This document shows, one piece after another, positions 63,325 through 64,000 of a stretch of DNA of 64,000 nucleotides (the stretch's first letter is position 1; every line of letters begins with the position of its first letter). Position numbers and translations under genes: made by a program. The notes below the pieces were generated by a model that ran no database searches, was not told the DNA's origin, and worked only from the letters and a program-made list of their open reading frames with translations. Location of the stretch: NCBI RefSeq assembly GCF_001194135.2, contig NC_068989.1, positions 29,626,355-29,690,354 of the forward strand, in the 5' to 3' direction. Source of the stretch: Octopus bimaculoides. Its lineage: Eukaryota.

Positions 63325-64000
63325 TTTTACTTGTTTCAGTCATTTGGCTGTGGCCAAGTTGGAGTACTGCCTTGAAGGGTTTTTAGTTGAACAAATTAAG
63401 CCCCAGGACTTATTTTCTTTTAAAGCCTAGTACTTATTCCATCAGACACTTTTGCTGAACCGCTAAGTTATGGGGACATAAACACACCAACACCAGTTGT
63501 GAAGTGCAGATGTGGGGGGGGGGACAAACACAGACACAAAGACACACACACAGATATATATNNNNNNNNNNNNNNNNNNNNNNNNNNNNNNNNNNNNNNN
63601 NNNNNNNNNNNNNNNNNNNNNNNNNNNNNNNNNNNNNNNNNNNNNNNNNNNNNNNNNNNNNNNNNNNNNNNNNNNNNNNNNNNNNNNNNNNNNNNNNNNN
63701 NNNNNNNTATATATGTATATATATATTTTTTTTCTTTTACCTGTTTCAGTCATTTGACTGCAGCTATGCTGGAACACTGCCTTTAGTCAAACAAATTGAC
63801 CCTAGGACTTATTCTTTGTAAGCCTAGTACTTATTCTGTCGGTCTTTTTTGCCAAACCGCTATGTTATGGGGGCATAAACACACCAACATCACCTGTCAA
63901 GAGATGGAGTGGAGACAGACACACACAAATACACACACACACACGATGGGCTTCTTTCAGTTTCCATCTACCAAATCCACTCACAAGGCTTTGATTAGCC
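63325..64000 (-). mobile_element. Two SINE pieces of the 40300 family separated by a gap
   Basis: Duplicated 3' bodies (63325-63520, 63735-63900) and head fragment tttcagtttccatctaccaaatccactcacaagg. Confidence 0.7.

Noticed and set aside
15843-63821. Long ORFs spanning X runs and YIYI/THTH ORFs
   Set aside because: Artefacts of N gaps and microsatellites.
48460-64000. par-3 exon 1 (MKVTV...)
   Set aside because: The only MKV-like hits are hAT transposase (MKVVTK, about 55697) or a Helitron repeat; exon 1 is probably beyond the window or in a gap.

Overview
AT-rich, repeat-dense eukaryotic DNA with several N gaps; the SINE/LINE families and (TA)n/(CA)n load suggest an octopus or other cephalopod (inference). 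The only host gene I can support is a par-3/PARD3/bazooka orthologue on the minus strand. Four exons are visible (48459-48355, 11988-11790, 11313-11150, 5539-5351), with GT-AG boundaries and compatible phases, equivalent to vertebrate PARD3 exons 2-5. Exon 1 and exon 6 onward were not found and are probably outside the window. The rest is intronic and is a nested stack of decayed transposons: RTE/RTE-X, CR1, Tx1 and R4/Dong LINEs, Penelope-like elements (PLEs), Helitrons, DD37D mariner-like copies, Tigger, hAT, Chapaev3-like, a Ty3/gypsy fragment and tRNA-derived SINEs. The most interesting layer is invisible to the ORF track: seven type I hammerhead-ribozyme (HHR) motifs from about five PLE-related families. 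Two with intact catalytic cores are in the sense orientation of the par-3 pre-mRNA. One family couples a tRNA-derived Pol III promoter, a (TAA)n spacer and a minimal HHR inside a TSD-flanked inverted PLE. RNA folds, identities and TE family names were assigned by eye and need computational confirmation.
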